Shown piece after piece: positions 1 through 9,083 of a stretch of DNA of 29,881 bases. The notes under the pieces were generated by a model. The model saw only the letters and a program-made list of their open reading frames with translations, made no database searches and was not told where the DNA came from. Position numbers and translations under genes: made by a program. Source of the DNA: a virus (taxonomy: Duplodnaviria > Caudoviricetes); the IMG/VR virus record IMGVR_UViG_3300020044_006114, positions 1 through 29,881 of that record. One strand, written 5' to 3'. Every line of letters starts with the position of its first letter. Position 1 is the stretch's first letter.

Positions 1-121
1 CTCCGAATCGGTGGTTACGGTTATAAGTATGTTAGAATTCTCAGCCATTAAAGAAAGCAAATATTAAGTAAGCAACGAACCCCCACCATATCGCAAAGCA
101 TCCCCATTTTAAGGCGTAATA
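1..121. repeat. Terminal direct repeat, copy 1 (identical to 29761..29881); circular assembly overlap
   Basis: The first 121 nt match the last 121 nt exactly, and reading frames continue across the join. Confidence 0.97.
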
Positions 122-220
122 GCCCCATTTTCGTTTACCATATAAACGGCGCGAGGGCTCATTTGCGCGAATGCCGTATTTAAGCAATCCGAGGACGGGG
201 GAAATAGTGTTTAATTTCAT
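41..220 (-). CDS. Small membrane protein, 59 aa (not in ORF track)
   Basis: MKLNTISPVLGLLKYGIRANEPSRRLYGKRKWGYYALKWGCFAIWWGFVAYLIFAFFNG. ATGA overlap with the upstream gene's stop; its own stop overlaps the tape measure start; hydrophobic C-terminus. Confidence 0.75.
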   Translation of the reverse strand: MKLNTISPVLGLLKYGIRANEPSRRLYGKRKWGYYALKWGCFAIWWGFVAYLIFAFFNG

Positions 221-3200
221 CGTGTCTGAGTGTAATAAAGCGTTAAAACGACTTGAATTAAAGCGGGGAAACCCGTTCCCGCACTCGTTACCCCGAAACG
301 ATGCTCGTCGGGGTCGGTGAGTACGTCGATACTGAGCGCAAAAGTGAACGTGCCTGAGTTATCCGTGGAAATTTGTATCGGGTTACTATTCACACATACT
401 CCCCCTATCTTCTCGATGTATAGCGAACCCGTTTCGTAAAAGGCATTGCCGTTAACGTCTGAGGCTTGTAAAACGTAGAGAGCGGTAATTGAAGTATCGT
501 CGGGTAAATTGATACGTGTAATTGTATCGTTACCCGGTGCTAACTCCAAATATTGCCCCGCCGCAGTAAAATTGAAAGCATTAGCGAGAATTATCGCCCC
601 GCTTTGTTGGTTGCCCTCCTTAGCCGAAACGCGATCGCCACCGCCATAATGAAGGCCCATAATATTCGAGTAAGCATTGCGCCCCAAAAGTACCGAGCCG
701 CGATTTGCACCCTCGAGTTTTAACCTTTCCCCAACTGCCAACGTGTTCTCATTCCCCCGCTCAATGGTCATCGACTCACCCGCATACACCGAGAATCCAT
801 TCCCAACGTCGATAGTTGTATTAGCAGTCCTCGCCAGTACATTCGACGGTGCCCCATCGACACCCGCGTTATACATAATTGCCGCGAAAGTATCGGTGCC
901 CCCGCCCGTGTCGGTTACGATAGGAGTGCCCAGCGCTAAACATTGGTTAGTAGCATCGTCCCAAAAATAGCCGTACCGAATACAACACGTCGGGCTCGAT
1001 GGCTGGGGATTGCCCTCGAAATCTTCGAAATCGACCACTTGCACCGCGTCGGTTACTGCCACGGCAACGGGAACGAGCGCACAATCGGGGGCGGGATCGA
1101 CTATCTTTATTAGCTTGACTTTCACGCTCTCATATAACCCGATTTTAAAGTCGGTAATTTCGAGAATTCGCCAGTATGAATCCTTAATCCAAACGCGGTC
1201 GTTGTATTTAAACGTCAGCACGTCGGCCAAATCGAGCGCGAAATATGCCTCCAGTATTCGCGCCTCAGGTGAGTAAAGCCCATTGAGATAGTCGCGCCAA
1301 TATTCATTAAAGAGGTTTCGAAACGGGTTCGTAATGATAACGTGAAAAGGTGTCTCAGGTGCGAAATTCAAATCATAATCGCCGATAGTAGCATTTACAC
1401 TTGAATAATTGTTAAAGATATTAACGGCCGTAGAATCGACTGCGCTCGTGCCGTCGTTATACACTTGCACCGTTGCCACGTCGGCCAAAAATAAAAACCG
1501 AAGATTCGGCGCGACAAAATCGCCTTTATCATTTATGAATTTCGGTATTGGTATCTGAGTCCCTTCGATGTAAACCGCTGGCGTGGATTCTGCCACCAAC
1601 TTAACGTTGAGATCGCCCGTCACGAATTCATTAACCGGGGCTCCCGCACTTACTGAATAGCCGTCTAAAATTTGATATTGCCCAAACGTTCGGCCGTTAT
1701 CGGTGAAAATTTTTGAGTAATAATCGCCGCCATTTTTATAACTAAATAAAAAGTTACGGCGCTGAATATCGGTTGTAGGGCTTAACGTTATATCCTTCGA
1801 AATATCGAGCTTTTGCGTCCAGTCGTTATCGTCTCCCGTGCCTATGTAGTCAACTATCGGAATTACACCGACCTCGTTCGGAGTTGTCCGACTTGGGACA
1901 ATTACCGCCGCGTGCATATTTAAAATATCCCGCACGAAATCCACTTGCTTAATATTAGGAGCGTTGGCCGCCGTGTTCAAATTAACCCCAAACAATCCTA
2001 CGAAATTGAATAACTCGAAACCCGAACCGACGAGCGGGTCGTTAGTTGCCGAGCCTTGAAAAATAGGGGTTCCATTGAATTCGGTATAAGGCCGTATAAA
2101 TTGCCCCGCCTCCATAAATATTGGGACGGTTGTTATTAGCACGCTTTGTAAAACGCCGTTGTTTTGATCGTTACCCGAAATAGCGACCTCGTGACTAACT
2201 ACCAACGAGCCCGCAGTCGGTGGGCCACTCGTCCAGCGATACATTTTTAACGCGCCAACGTTGGCCCCGAATGCACCCACGGGAATAACATTTAACCACA
2301 CGCGAAAAGTATAATAACCCGTTGTTGGTGCTTCAAATGCAAACGTCGCATATTGTCCGCCGTTATCTACTAACTCGGGAAAATTGAGCGGGTTGCCATC
2401 GGCCACGGCAGTATTAGTCGTAAATCCCGCGTTGAAATAAAACGTTTGTACGGTTTCCTGAGTGATGAGGTTTTTATTCATCAGCCACGGGCACCAATAA
2501 CCCGAGAGAATAGTCTCGAGCGGTGTGGGGCTTAATGTAAAACCCGCCTCGTTAATGATATTAGAAAAGAGAGTCCACGCGTTGACGAATGGCGTTAACT
2601 CACCCGTGTAAATAGGTTGAGTGCTATTACTTACCGGGCGGCCAACTCCGCCATTACTCCATTTTTGCCCCCTATCGGTTAACCCGAAAACGAGCTCGGT
2701 AGGTAATGGTGGGTTAGTGATATTCGAATAACTCAACTCGCAGTCGAGCGTCGGCAAATATTCTATATCGGTTAGGAGCTTGTCACCTATCGAGCGGAAT
2801 AAATCGGGGGCCTCGCCGTAAAAAGAGATTTGAATATCGGCGAGCTGGTCGTTGCGTTTGAAAGTCTTAATAACCCGAACGTGGCCGCGTATGATGGGCA
2901 AGGTATCGACGCGAATTTCAGCGGGTATTTTCGTCCCGTAAATATTCGAACTATCCGAGAACGTGAACGAATCGAGTAGCCCGAAAATCTCGAGGTTGCG
3001 GTCGGATGCGGGGACTCGAAACTCTCGCGTAAAATCCCCCAGCGGTGCGAAAGTCCCCACGTCTTGAAAATTGAAATTTTGCGAGATGCTTTCGAGCGGG
3101 TATAAATCGACATAGGATTGCTCGAGCGTATCGACGAGCGTATTTATATGAACCGTTGAGGTAAATGGAATCGGCGAGAGGTTAGTAAAGTCGAGCCCAA

Positions 3201-3462
3201 CGTCGGTAGTTATATCCCCCGTCATCGGGTCGAATGAAGTAACGACGCACGTTTCAACTAACCCACCGATAGGAGGGTCGGTACTTATGATAGTGCCAAT
3301 AGTAAAAAACGCGTTGCTCGGGACGGGGTCACCGATACTCGTCGCGCTATTTATATTCCAGCTCGTTTGCCCTGAAAAGTAGCTGGGTGAAATATCCCAA
3401 AGCCCGTTGTCCACGTAAGCCGTGCCGCCCGTTTGAACTATTAAATGTACCTCTCCGTTCAT
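217..3462 (-). CDS. Large tail-tip/baseplate hub-like protein, 1081 aa
   Basis: Long beta-rich acidic ORF in the tail module. The GDFTREFRVPASDRNLEIF segment resembles tail-tip proteins of Bacteroidota siphoviruses. Cys motif TCCIRYGYFWD..QC precedes a C-terminal domain. Confidence 0.7.
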   Translation of the reverse strand: MNGEVHLIVQTGGTAYVDNGLWDISPSYFSGQTSWNINSATSIGDPVPSNAFFTIGTIISTDPPIGGLVETCVVTSFDPMTGDITTDVGLDFTNLSPIPFTSTVHINTLVDTLEQSYVDLYPLESISQNFNFQDVGTFAPLGDFTREFRVPASDRNLEIFGLLDSFTFSDSSNIYGTKIPAEIRVDTLPIIRGHVRVIKTFKRNDQLADIQISFYGEAPDLFRSIGDKLLTDIEYLPTLDCELSYSNITNPPLPTELVFGLTDRGQKWSNGGVGRPVSNSTQPIYTGELTPFVNAWTLFSNIINEAGFTLSPTPLETILSGYWCPWLMNKNLITQETVQTFYFNAGFTTNTAVADGNPLNFPELVDNGGQYATFAFEAPTTGYYTFRVWLNVIPVGAFGANVGALKMYRWTSGPPTAGSLVVSHEVAISGNDQNNGVLQSVLITTVPIFMEAGQFIRPYTEFNGTPIFQGSATNDPLVGSGFELFNFVGLFGVNLNTAANAPNIKQVDFVRDILNMHAAVIVPSRTTPNEVGVIPIVDYIGTGDDNDWTQKLDISKDITLSPTTDIQRRNFLFSYKNGGDYYSKIFTDNGRTFGQYQILDGYSVSAGAPVNEFVTGDLNVKLVAESTPAVYIEGTQIPIPKFINDKGDFVAPNLRFLFLADVATVQVYNDGTSAVDSTAVNIFNNYSSVNATIGDYDLNFAPETPFHVIITNPFRNLFNEYWRDYLNGLYSPEARILEAYFALDLADVLTFKYNDRVWIKDSYWRILEITDFKIGLYESVKVKLIKIVDPAPDCALVPVAVAVTDAVQVVDFEDFEGNPQPSSPTCCIRYGYFWDDATNQCLALGTPIVTDTGGGTDTFAAIMYNAGVDGAPSNVLARTANTTIDVGNGFSVYAGESMTIERGNENTLAVGERLKLEGANRGSVLLGRNAYSNIMGLHYGGGDRVSAKEGNQQSGAIILANAFNFTAAGQYLELAPGNDTITRINLPDDTSITALYVLQASDVNGNAFYETGSLYIEKIGGVCVNSNPIQISTDNSGTFTFALSIDVLTDPDEHRFGVTSAGTGFPALIQVVLTLYYTQTR

Positions 3463-4748
3463 TAGCTCCAGTAATCTTGAGAGTAACTCAATTTCAGAGT
3501 TACGTTATATAACTTACCATTACGCTCGCGACGCTCTAAAAATGAATTTTCTTCCACGCTAACGGGAATATGAGTCCCGTTTGAATTCACTATATGCACT
3601 TGATTCGATGCGATGAGCGACCTTAAAAATATATACTCGTTCTCTTGCAACCAATCGGAATTTATAGTGAGCGTTCGGGTTACTATATTGGCGCGGTCGT
3701 ATAACTGGCGATCGTAACGACTAAAAATAGTCGAGGTGCCATTCATCAAAACGCGCTTGAATTGCTTTCGCTCAACGTTATTCGTGTTCTCGCTTTTCTT
3801 TATAAAATTGAAGTAATCCCACCCACCCCGAGAGCTCACCCACGCGACGCGAATTTTATCGAAACGGCAATCGGATTGCCCGTATTCCTCGGCATTATAA
3901 AATACATACAATTTCGAAACGCGAGCCGAGGCACTCCACGCGCTCACCTCGTAATATTGAAACCCATTAGAAGTCGGGTCGGGTATCGATGGCACCGTCG
4001 AGTTTTTAAGATTCTGAGGGTAACAAGGAATCCCCTCTTGAGGCGAGCCGTCAACGTTTACATATAGTGAGGTAACCGTACCCGCGCTATCTTTTAACGT
4101 GATTAAATAACGCGTCACGTTATTAGGTGTCGAGTAAGTATTCACACCTTGAAAAAATAATAAGCCGTAATCGGTTTCGTACGTCGGAATAAATACGGTA
4201 TTCGTGTTGGGAGTCACCCCGAGCGATTCGGCCAGCGGCCAAACGTGAGTATTAATGAGGCGGTCGCTTTGTAGATAGTCCGAATTCGCGTTATTAGGTA
4301 TCTTAATACTCTTGTCGGTACTCGAGAACACGTTCGGCTTATATCCGTTTATCGGTTGAAGATAGCCGTTATAAACCGCCGTAGTGGCCGCCTCACTCAC
4401 CCCCTCGTTTTCGGTGAGTATCCCGCCAATTAACCACCATTCGGTAAAAGTCAATTCGTATGATTTCCACGAATTGCCTTCGGCCTCGACGTGAGTAGCC
4501 GCAGTAGTAGCGTGAATCGCCGTCGACTCATCGTTGAGTAAGTTAACGAGCGGATTCAAATCGAAATAAGCCGAGCCATCGGGGGACGCGTCCAAATAAA
4601 AATTATAAGTTTTCGCCGCCGCCACGTCTACTACCTCAATACCGAATTTAAACCCGGTATTCGCCGAGTTATCCGAGCTCAAAGCATAAATTAATTTTTG
4701 CCCTCGAGGTGTCCAAGTGTACGGCTGGTCGTTTATCGTAATCGCCAT
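3462..4748 (-). CDS. Tail structural protein (distal-tail-like), 428 aa
   Basis: WVSSRGGWDYFNF motif of the type seen in Bacteroidota phage tail proteins; abuts or overlaps its neighbours. Confidence 0.6.
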   Translation of the reverse strand: MAITINDQPYTWTPRGQKLIYALSSDNSANTGFKFGIEVVDVAAAKTYNFYLDASPDGSAYFDLNPLVNLLNDESTAIHATTAATHVEAEGNSWKSYELTFTEWWLIGGILTENEGVSEAATTAVYNGYLQPINGYKPNVFSSTDKSIKIPNNANSDYLQSDRLINTHVWPLAESLGVTPNTNTVFIPTYETDYGLLFFQGVNTYSTPNNVTRYLITLKDSAGTVTSLYVNVDGSPQEGIPCYPQNLKNSTVPSIPDPTSNGFQYYEVSAWSASARVSKLYVFYNAEEYGQSDCRFDKIRVAWVSSRGGWDYFNFIKKSENTNNVERKQFKRVLMNGTSTIFSRYDRQLYDRANIVTRTLTINSDWLQENEYIFLRSLIASNQVHIVNSNGTHIPVSVEENSFLERRERNGKLYNVTLKLSYSQDYWS

Positions 4749-5279
4749 TTACTTAATGTATTTATCGGCCTTGAGCCTTAATTGTTGTAATATCTCTCGC
4801 GTGTAAAACTCTCGGAATTCGGCGCCTGATTTCCTAAATTCAGTTTGGAAAGCATCCCGCATATAAAAAACGGGAACGATGCCTCGCTTACCGATACTCA
4901 TCGCCATTCGCGACGCTTGCCACCACTTGCGTTTCTCATCGGCCCCCGATTCGAATAGACCTTTACGCCCCATCCAAGCGTAAATCGGAGCCACGGGCGG
5001 CCACGTTACAGGGTTGTTATTTGGAGTGCGGCCCTTCTCAATTACGTCGGCATAGTTACGCGTTGCAGTATCGTTAGCGGGAACCCCAAACCATTGCAAT
5101 ATTTTCGGGCCTCGCTTAAAATAGCCGTAGGTTAGTTTGGAACTGAGGTTACCCGTGTCGATGCGGTTAACCGAACGGCCTCGAATTTGGCGTTTACGTC
5201 TCAAGTTAGCACGCGCCGCCTTAATGACGCGATCGCCGAACCCGTCTAATATTTCCCGATTCTCACCCAGCGAGGCCAT
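4749..5279 (-). CDS. Tail completion/neck protein (HK97 gp10-like)
   Basis: Basic 176-aa protein with DTGNL...YADVIEKGR...GIVPVFYMRDA pattern, next to the tail-terminator-like gene. Confidence 0.65.
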   Translation of the reverse strand: MASLGENREILDGFGDRVIKAARANLRRKRQIRGRSVNRIDTGNLSSKLTYGYFKRGPKILQWFGVPANDTATRNYADVIEKGRTPNNNPVTWPPVAPIYAWMGRKGLFESGADEKRKWWQASRMAMSIGKRGIVPVFYMRDAFQTEFRKSGAEFREFYTREILQQLRLKADKYIK

Positions 5280-8008
5280 TAGCTACGTTCTAATATTAAA
5301 GACATTGAAACAATCGTCCCCGCTTGACTGGTTCCGTTATTAGTACCCCCGATTGTTATTCGATCACCCGCCGCCACGCTAACCGAATTCGTGGTGTCAC
5401 TAATCGTGAAGTTCGAACCGCTTGCACTCGTGAACGTTAGAGTAATAGCCGTATCCGCTCCATTTTTTCGTACGGTTAAAACAATGGAACCACTCGCACC
5501 CGCGCCAGCGCCGACCCGCACATAAAAGTTTTTGAGCGTACCCGCCACGGGCATAACAACGATGCGAGCGTTTTCGGTTGCGTTAATTGCCGAGCTACCC
5601 GTTATAGCCCAATAACTCGTTGCGCCGTTAATATTGGTATGACCCGTGTTCGGAGCCGAGGCGAAAACCACCGAATCGGTTCCGACCTTTGAGTTAAACG
5701 TCGACCAGTCGGCCGCACTCAGGAAACCGGGTTGCGCCGCGCTCGCCTTTTGCCCGTTCGCATAGTCGAGTGAAATAACCCCACTCGCTGAATTGAAATC
5801 GTTAGCAGTAAACGCCGCCGCCCCTTTGGTTGCCCCATCGGCCACCGAGTCAGCTATCGAGATAGTACGGTCGGCGCTCAAGTCCCCACCCCCCGAAAGT
5901 GGCGAGCTCGTATTTATCGCTAGAGTGGTTCCGACCTTGCTATTAAATGTCGACCAATCCGCACTCGAAAGAGCGCCCCGATTCGACCCCGAGGCCGTGG
6001 GCAAATTAAACGTATGAGTCGAGCCCGCCGAGTTAATCGCGAAATCCGTTCCACTCGTCCCAACCGCGAAATTTTGAGTGTTCTCAGTTAAGCCATTCAG
6101 CGAGCTGAGACCTATCGCATAAGTCGAATGCACCTCGCCAATTTTATTCGACTCGGTGTATAGCGTGACCGTTTTACCATTTGTATTCTGAATGTCGAAC
6201 TCGATAACAACGCGATCCGTTGCCGCCGTTACCGTATTCGGAACCGAGATAGCGAATGTGTATAAGTCAACGACGTTGCCGTTGGTTATTTGCTCGAGCG
6301 GTGAGGTTGCGATAGTTGTAAACGTTGAGCCGTTGTAAACTTTTAGCACCGCCACAATTTCGGCGTTATTCGAACCGCCCCCCGTTTCACTTAAATAAAC
6401 GTCGATTGTCCATACACCCGAGGGAATTATCAAGTGATTTGGTGAGCCGACATCGGTAATGAAGCGAGCAATAACGCCCGTAGTGGCCCGCGTAAAATTA
6501 GCCGCGGGGCCCGTATTCGCCTCGGTGCCTAATTCGTAGTAATCATTACCCCCAATCGTTCCCTGAGAGACGTTACCATTAAAATAGAATATCTGACCGC
6601 CACCGCCTCCCGTGCTCGGGAAGTTGGCGAGTGAGCCGTCACCCCGAACGTATTGCTCAGTCGTACCCGCACCCGTCACCGCGAGAGTGCCCGCCGTGGT
6701 AATTGGCGAGCCGCCTACATTAAACGCGCTCGGCATCGTAAGCGCCACCGACGTAACCGAGCCCCCACCGCCACCGCCTACCGTGGTAAATTCAACCGCT
6801 CCCGTTGAGGCATTTGCCAACGTCAACGCTTGGCCGACCGTTGCGGTGCCGTTGCCCACGGCTGGCGTTTTGATATATAGAGTGGTCGCATCCGTTTTGA
6901 ACTCTTGAGTGGTTACGCCTTTGGTTTTCATCGAAGCGTCGATAGCCGTTATATATAATCGGCTCTCGCTCGGCGGATACTTACCCAAAAAAACCTCGAA
7001 AAAACCCGCTGCCGTTGGGTAAATTTTAAACTCAACATTATTTTGCCAAACGAGGTTAGTGCTATTACCTACGATGCTATTATTCGTAGTTAAGTTATTA
7101 TTCGTAGTTATTACATCTTGCAACCCTTGAGGGCTCGGGATAGTTGGCTTGTTGAGTATCTGAGCCACGCCGCTAACCGCGTTCCAATCCGAGTTGACCT
7201 GAGCGGCGGGAATAGTTGGGAACGTTTGCACCGCGCCCGTCCCGTCGATGTAATCGGCCGAGGTACCCGCTCCCGTAATTGCAAGAGTGCCGTTAGTAGT
7301 TATCGGTGAGCCCGAAACGACGAAACCCGAGGGCATCGTTAACGCGACACTCGTGACCGTTCCACCACCACCACCCCCGCCACCCGTCGAGCTAATCGTA
7401 ACCGTGCCGTTTCCATTGTCTACGATCGTAACATTCGCCCCTTGTTGTAAATTCAAAAGAGACTGGTCGCCATTCAACACGCCGTTAGTCTCGAGTATTA
7501 ACCCGAGCCCAACCCCCGAACCTCCCGAGCCTGAGCCTCCGACACTCCAATCGGCGGGAATATCGCACGCGCTCCAATCCCACGGCACCGAAAGTGTAAG
7601 CGATAAGTTGACCCCTGTTAACGTGTGGCTAAACTCGTTTATAAAACATTCGATGTTAGCCGCCCCATCGAGCTCGACACTTGGCCCGAAAAGCACGAGG
7701 CCGTTTTGAATTTCGGCGAGCAAATCCTCAGCCAATCGGATGCAATCGGATAACATCTCCCTTTGATACTCGGGCGGGGTTTCTTTATCGCGAGGCAAAT
7801 CGGCGAAAGTGATAATGAACGTGTAAAGGCGTGAGCCCGATTGCGGGGCAACCTCCACGGGGAAAACGTGCATCCACGGGAATTCGACACCCTTCTCAAT
7901 ATTCACGTTTGACGGGTCACCGTGAGTGAATCCCCTAATCAGGAAATGGCCCTCGGCAAAAGCCCGAAAGCGCTCAATTAATACGTTATAGCTAATATTT
8001 GTAATCAT
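5279..8008 (-). CDS. Tail-terminator-like N-terminal domain fused to a Gly/Ser/Thr-rich fibre, 909 aa
   Basis: Globular N-terminal ~150 aa (FPWMHV...EFSHTLTG...ACDIP), then a GS linker and repeated fibre motifs GTVTSVALTMPS and LSxADWSTFNSKVGT. Confidence 0.65.
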   Translation of the reverse strand: MITNISYNVLIERFRAFAEGHFLIRGFTHGDPSNVNIEKGVEFPWMHVFPVEVAPQSGSRLYTFIITFADLPRDKETPPEYQREMLSDCIRLAEDLLAEIQNGLVLFGPSVELDGAANIECFINEFSHTLTGVNLSLTLSVPWDWSACDIPADWSVGGSGSGGSGVGLGLILETNGVLNGDQSLLNLQQGANVTIVDNGNGTVTISSTGGGGGGGGTVTSVALTMPSGFVVSGSPITTNGTLAITGAGTSADYIDGTGAVQTFPTIPAAQVNSDWNAVSGVAQILNKPTIPSPQGLQDVITTNNNLTTNNSIVGNSTNLVWQNNVEFKIYPTAAGFFEVFLGKYPPSESRLYITAIDASMKTKGVTTQEFKTDATTLYIKTPAVGNGTATVGQALTLANASTGAVEFTTVGGGGGGSVTSVALTMPSAFNVGGSPITTAGTLAVTGAGTTEQYVRGDGSLANFPSTGGGGGQIFYFNGNVSQGTIGGNDYYELGTEANTGPAANFTRATTGVIARFITDVGSPNHLIIPSGVWTIDVYLSETGGGSNNAEIVAVLKVYNGSTFTTIATSPLEQITNGNVVDLYTFAISVPNTVTAATDRVVIEFDIQNTNGKTVTLYTESNKIGEVHSTYAIGLSSLNGLTENTQNFAVGTSGTDFAINSAGSTHTFNLPTASGSNRGALSSADWSTFNSKVGTTLAINTSSPLSGGGDLSADRTISIADSVADGATKGAAAFTANDFNSASGVISLDYANGQKASAAQPGFLSAADWSTFNSKVGTDSVVFASAPNTGHTNINGATSYWAITGSSAINATENARIVVMPVAGTLKNFYVRVGAGAGASGSIVLTVRKNGADTAITLTFTSASGSNFTISDTTNSVSVAAGDRITIGGTNNGTSQAGTIVSMSLILERS
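5678..5971 (-). repeat. Two copies of fibre motif LS(S/A)ADWSTFNSKVGT (5927..5971 and 5678..5722)
   Basis: Visible in the translation; codons have diverged synonymously. Confidence 0.9.
6630..7385 (-). repeat. Two copies of a ~45-aa fibre repeat GGGGxVTSVALTMPSxFxVxGSPITTxGTLAxTGAGT (~7232..7385 and ~6630..6780)
   Basis: Visible in the translation. Confidence 0.9.
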
Positions 8009-8765
8009 CGCATTTTGTAGGCTTGTTTCATTATCCTCGCTTGCTCGGCGTTATAGTCCCTGAGGTAACTCAAGTGAGTGAATATCGAGCGAGCTGGTTT
8101 ATCGAGAATCATTTCGTGTTTAGTAATATCATTCACGGCTATTGACTCGAGTATGTGATACCATCCCCACCGCGCGAGACCTGAGGGGGTAAAACCGTCC
8201 TCATCTCCTTGTTCAGCATCGCGTCCAAATAAACCAGTGAATTGTTCACTAATTCCGCGCCGATACTCGAAAAAAAAAGCAATGCACCGTTGACGCGATC
8301 GAGAGTTAAGTCCATTATCTCGGGCATATAACCCGCCATCTTTTCGAGGTCGTATTTTTCAATGTTGTAGTATTCCCCCACTTGCTCGGTGACGGGTCGA
8401 AATAGGATAGCCATTAAGCGGGGTAATTCCTTATAGTCGCACGCCTTACCATCGCGCCAAATCGTTTGAGCCAATTGATCGAGGTCAACGTGTTCTCGGA
8501 ACGTCATTCCGTTAATATCAGGAATAAACCCGAGGCGCTTGCCATTAACCGAAATAATCCGCTCGAAATTACTCGAGCTCGAATCGATGACCTCCTCGAA
8601 TAGCGTTACAATCGTATGCACCGTTTCGGCCTTCAACTGCTCGCAGTATTCCCGCGACTTGTTGAGTATTATCATTACGCGTTCGACCTCATCGGTTGCG
8701 CCGTGATAACCCATAAATTGAGTTAACGTGATTTGGGAAGCGTCCCCCGGTATTCTCAATTTCAT
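8005..8765 (-). CDS. Tail assembly chaperone GT-like product made by -1 frameshift at 8270..8278 (~253 aa)
   Basis: Slippery run CTT TTT TTT TCG. The -1 frame stays open for 88 codons (FEYRRGISEQFTGLFG...LARWGWYHILESIA...AYKMR) and ends in an ATGA overlap with the next gene. Confidence 0.8.
8139..8765 (-). CDS. Tail assembly chaperone G-like protein, 208 aa
   Basis: GFIPDINGMTFREHVDLD...MAILFRP...GALLFF pattern with an internal T9 slippery site. Confidence 0.7.
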   Translation of the reverse strand: MKLRIPGDASQITLTQFMGYHGATDEVERVMIILNKSREYCEQLKAETVHTIVTLFEEVIDSSSSNFERIISVNGKRLGFIPDINGMTFREHVDLDQLAQTIWRDGKACDYKELPRLMAILFRPVTEQVGEYYNIEKYDLEKMAGYMPEIMDLTLDRVNGALLFFSSIGAELVNNSLVYLDAMLNKEMRTVLPPQVSRGGDGITYSSQ

Positions 8766-9082
8766 AAATTCGAGCTAATCGTTATTACTGGCTGATTATC
8801 GGCCCCCGTGAGTTCCTGGCGCTCAACGTAACCGCGTTTTTTCCCTTTGGTCTTAAGATAAAAGATTGTCGAGGACACTTCTCCGTTTTGTATCTGCTTG
8901 TGGAGTTGACTCTCAGCAAAGTCAAGCGCAAGGTCGGCAATCGATTCGACTGCGGCCTTATACTCCGGGTCATTATTCATCCAATCGTAATGAGTAACGC
9001 GAGCGATTCCCACTTGTTTACAGGCAGTTGTAACAATGCCGAGGGACTTTTCGAGTGCCTCAATCATCGCTTTTTTATTCAT
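8762..9082 (-). CDS. terS: Terminase small subunit (HTH type); start may be 9082 or 9106
   Basis: N-terminal HTH (GIVTTACKQVGIARVTHYDW), AESQLHKQI, IFYLKTKGKKRGY and C-terminal ELTGAD, a typical TerS layout. Confidence 0.8.
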   Translation of the reverse strand: MNKKAMIEALEKSLGIVTTACKQVGIARVTHYDWMNNDPEYKAAVESIADLALDFAESQLHKQIQNGEVSSTIFYLKTKGKKRGYVERQELTGADNQPVITISSNL

Positions 9083-9083
9083 G

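Noticed and set aside
1-121. 121-bp terminal repeat as a biological DTR
   Set aside because: It falls within coding sequence and has a k-mer-like length, so it is best explained as assembler overlap of a circular or permuted genome.
5678-7385. Fibre repeats as a DGR template/variable pair or invertible cassette
   Set aside because: Differences are largely synonymous and not adenine-specific, and no reverse transcriptase or recombinase is encoded.
677-7709. + strand ORFs antisense to tail genes (e.g. 677..970, 3762..4067, 6612..6908, 7287..7709)
   Set aside because: Shadow frames of long, well-supported minus-strand genes, with no recognisable motifs.
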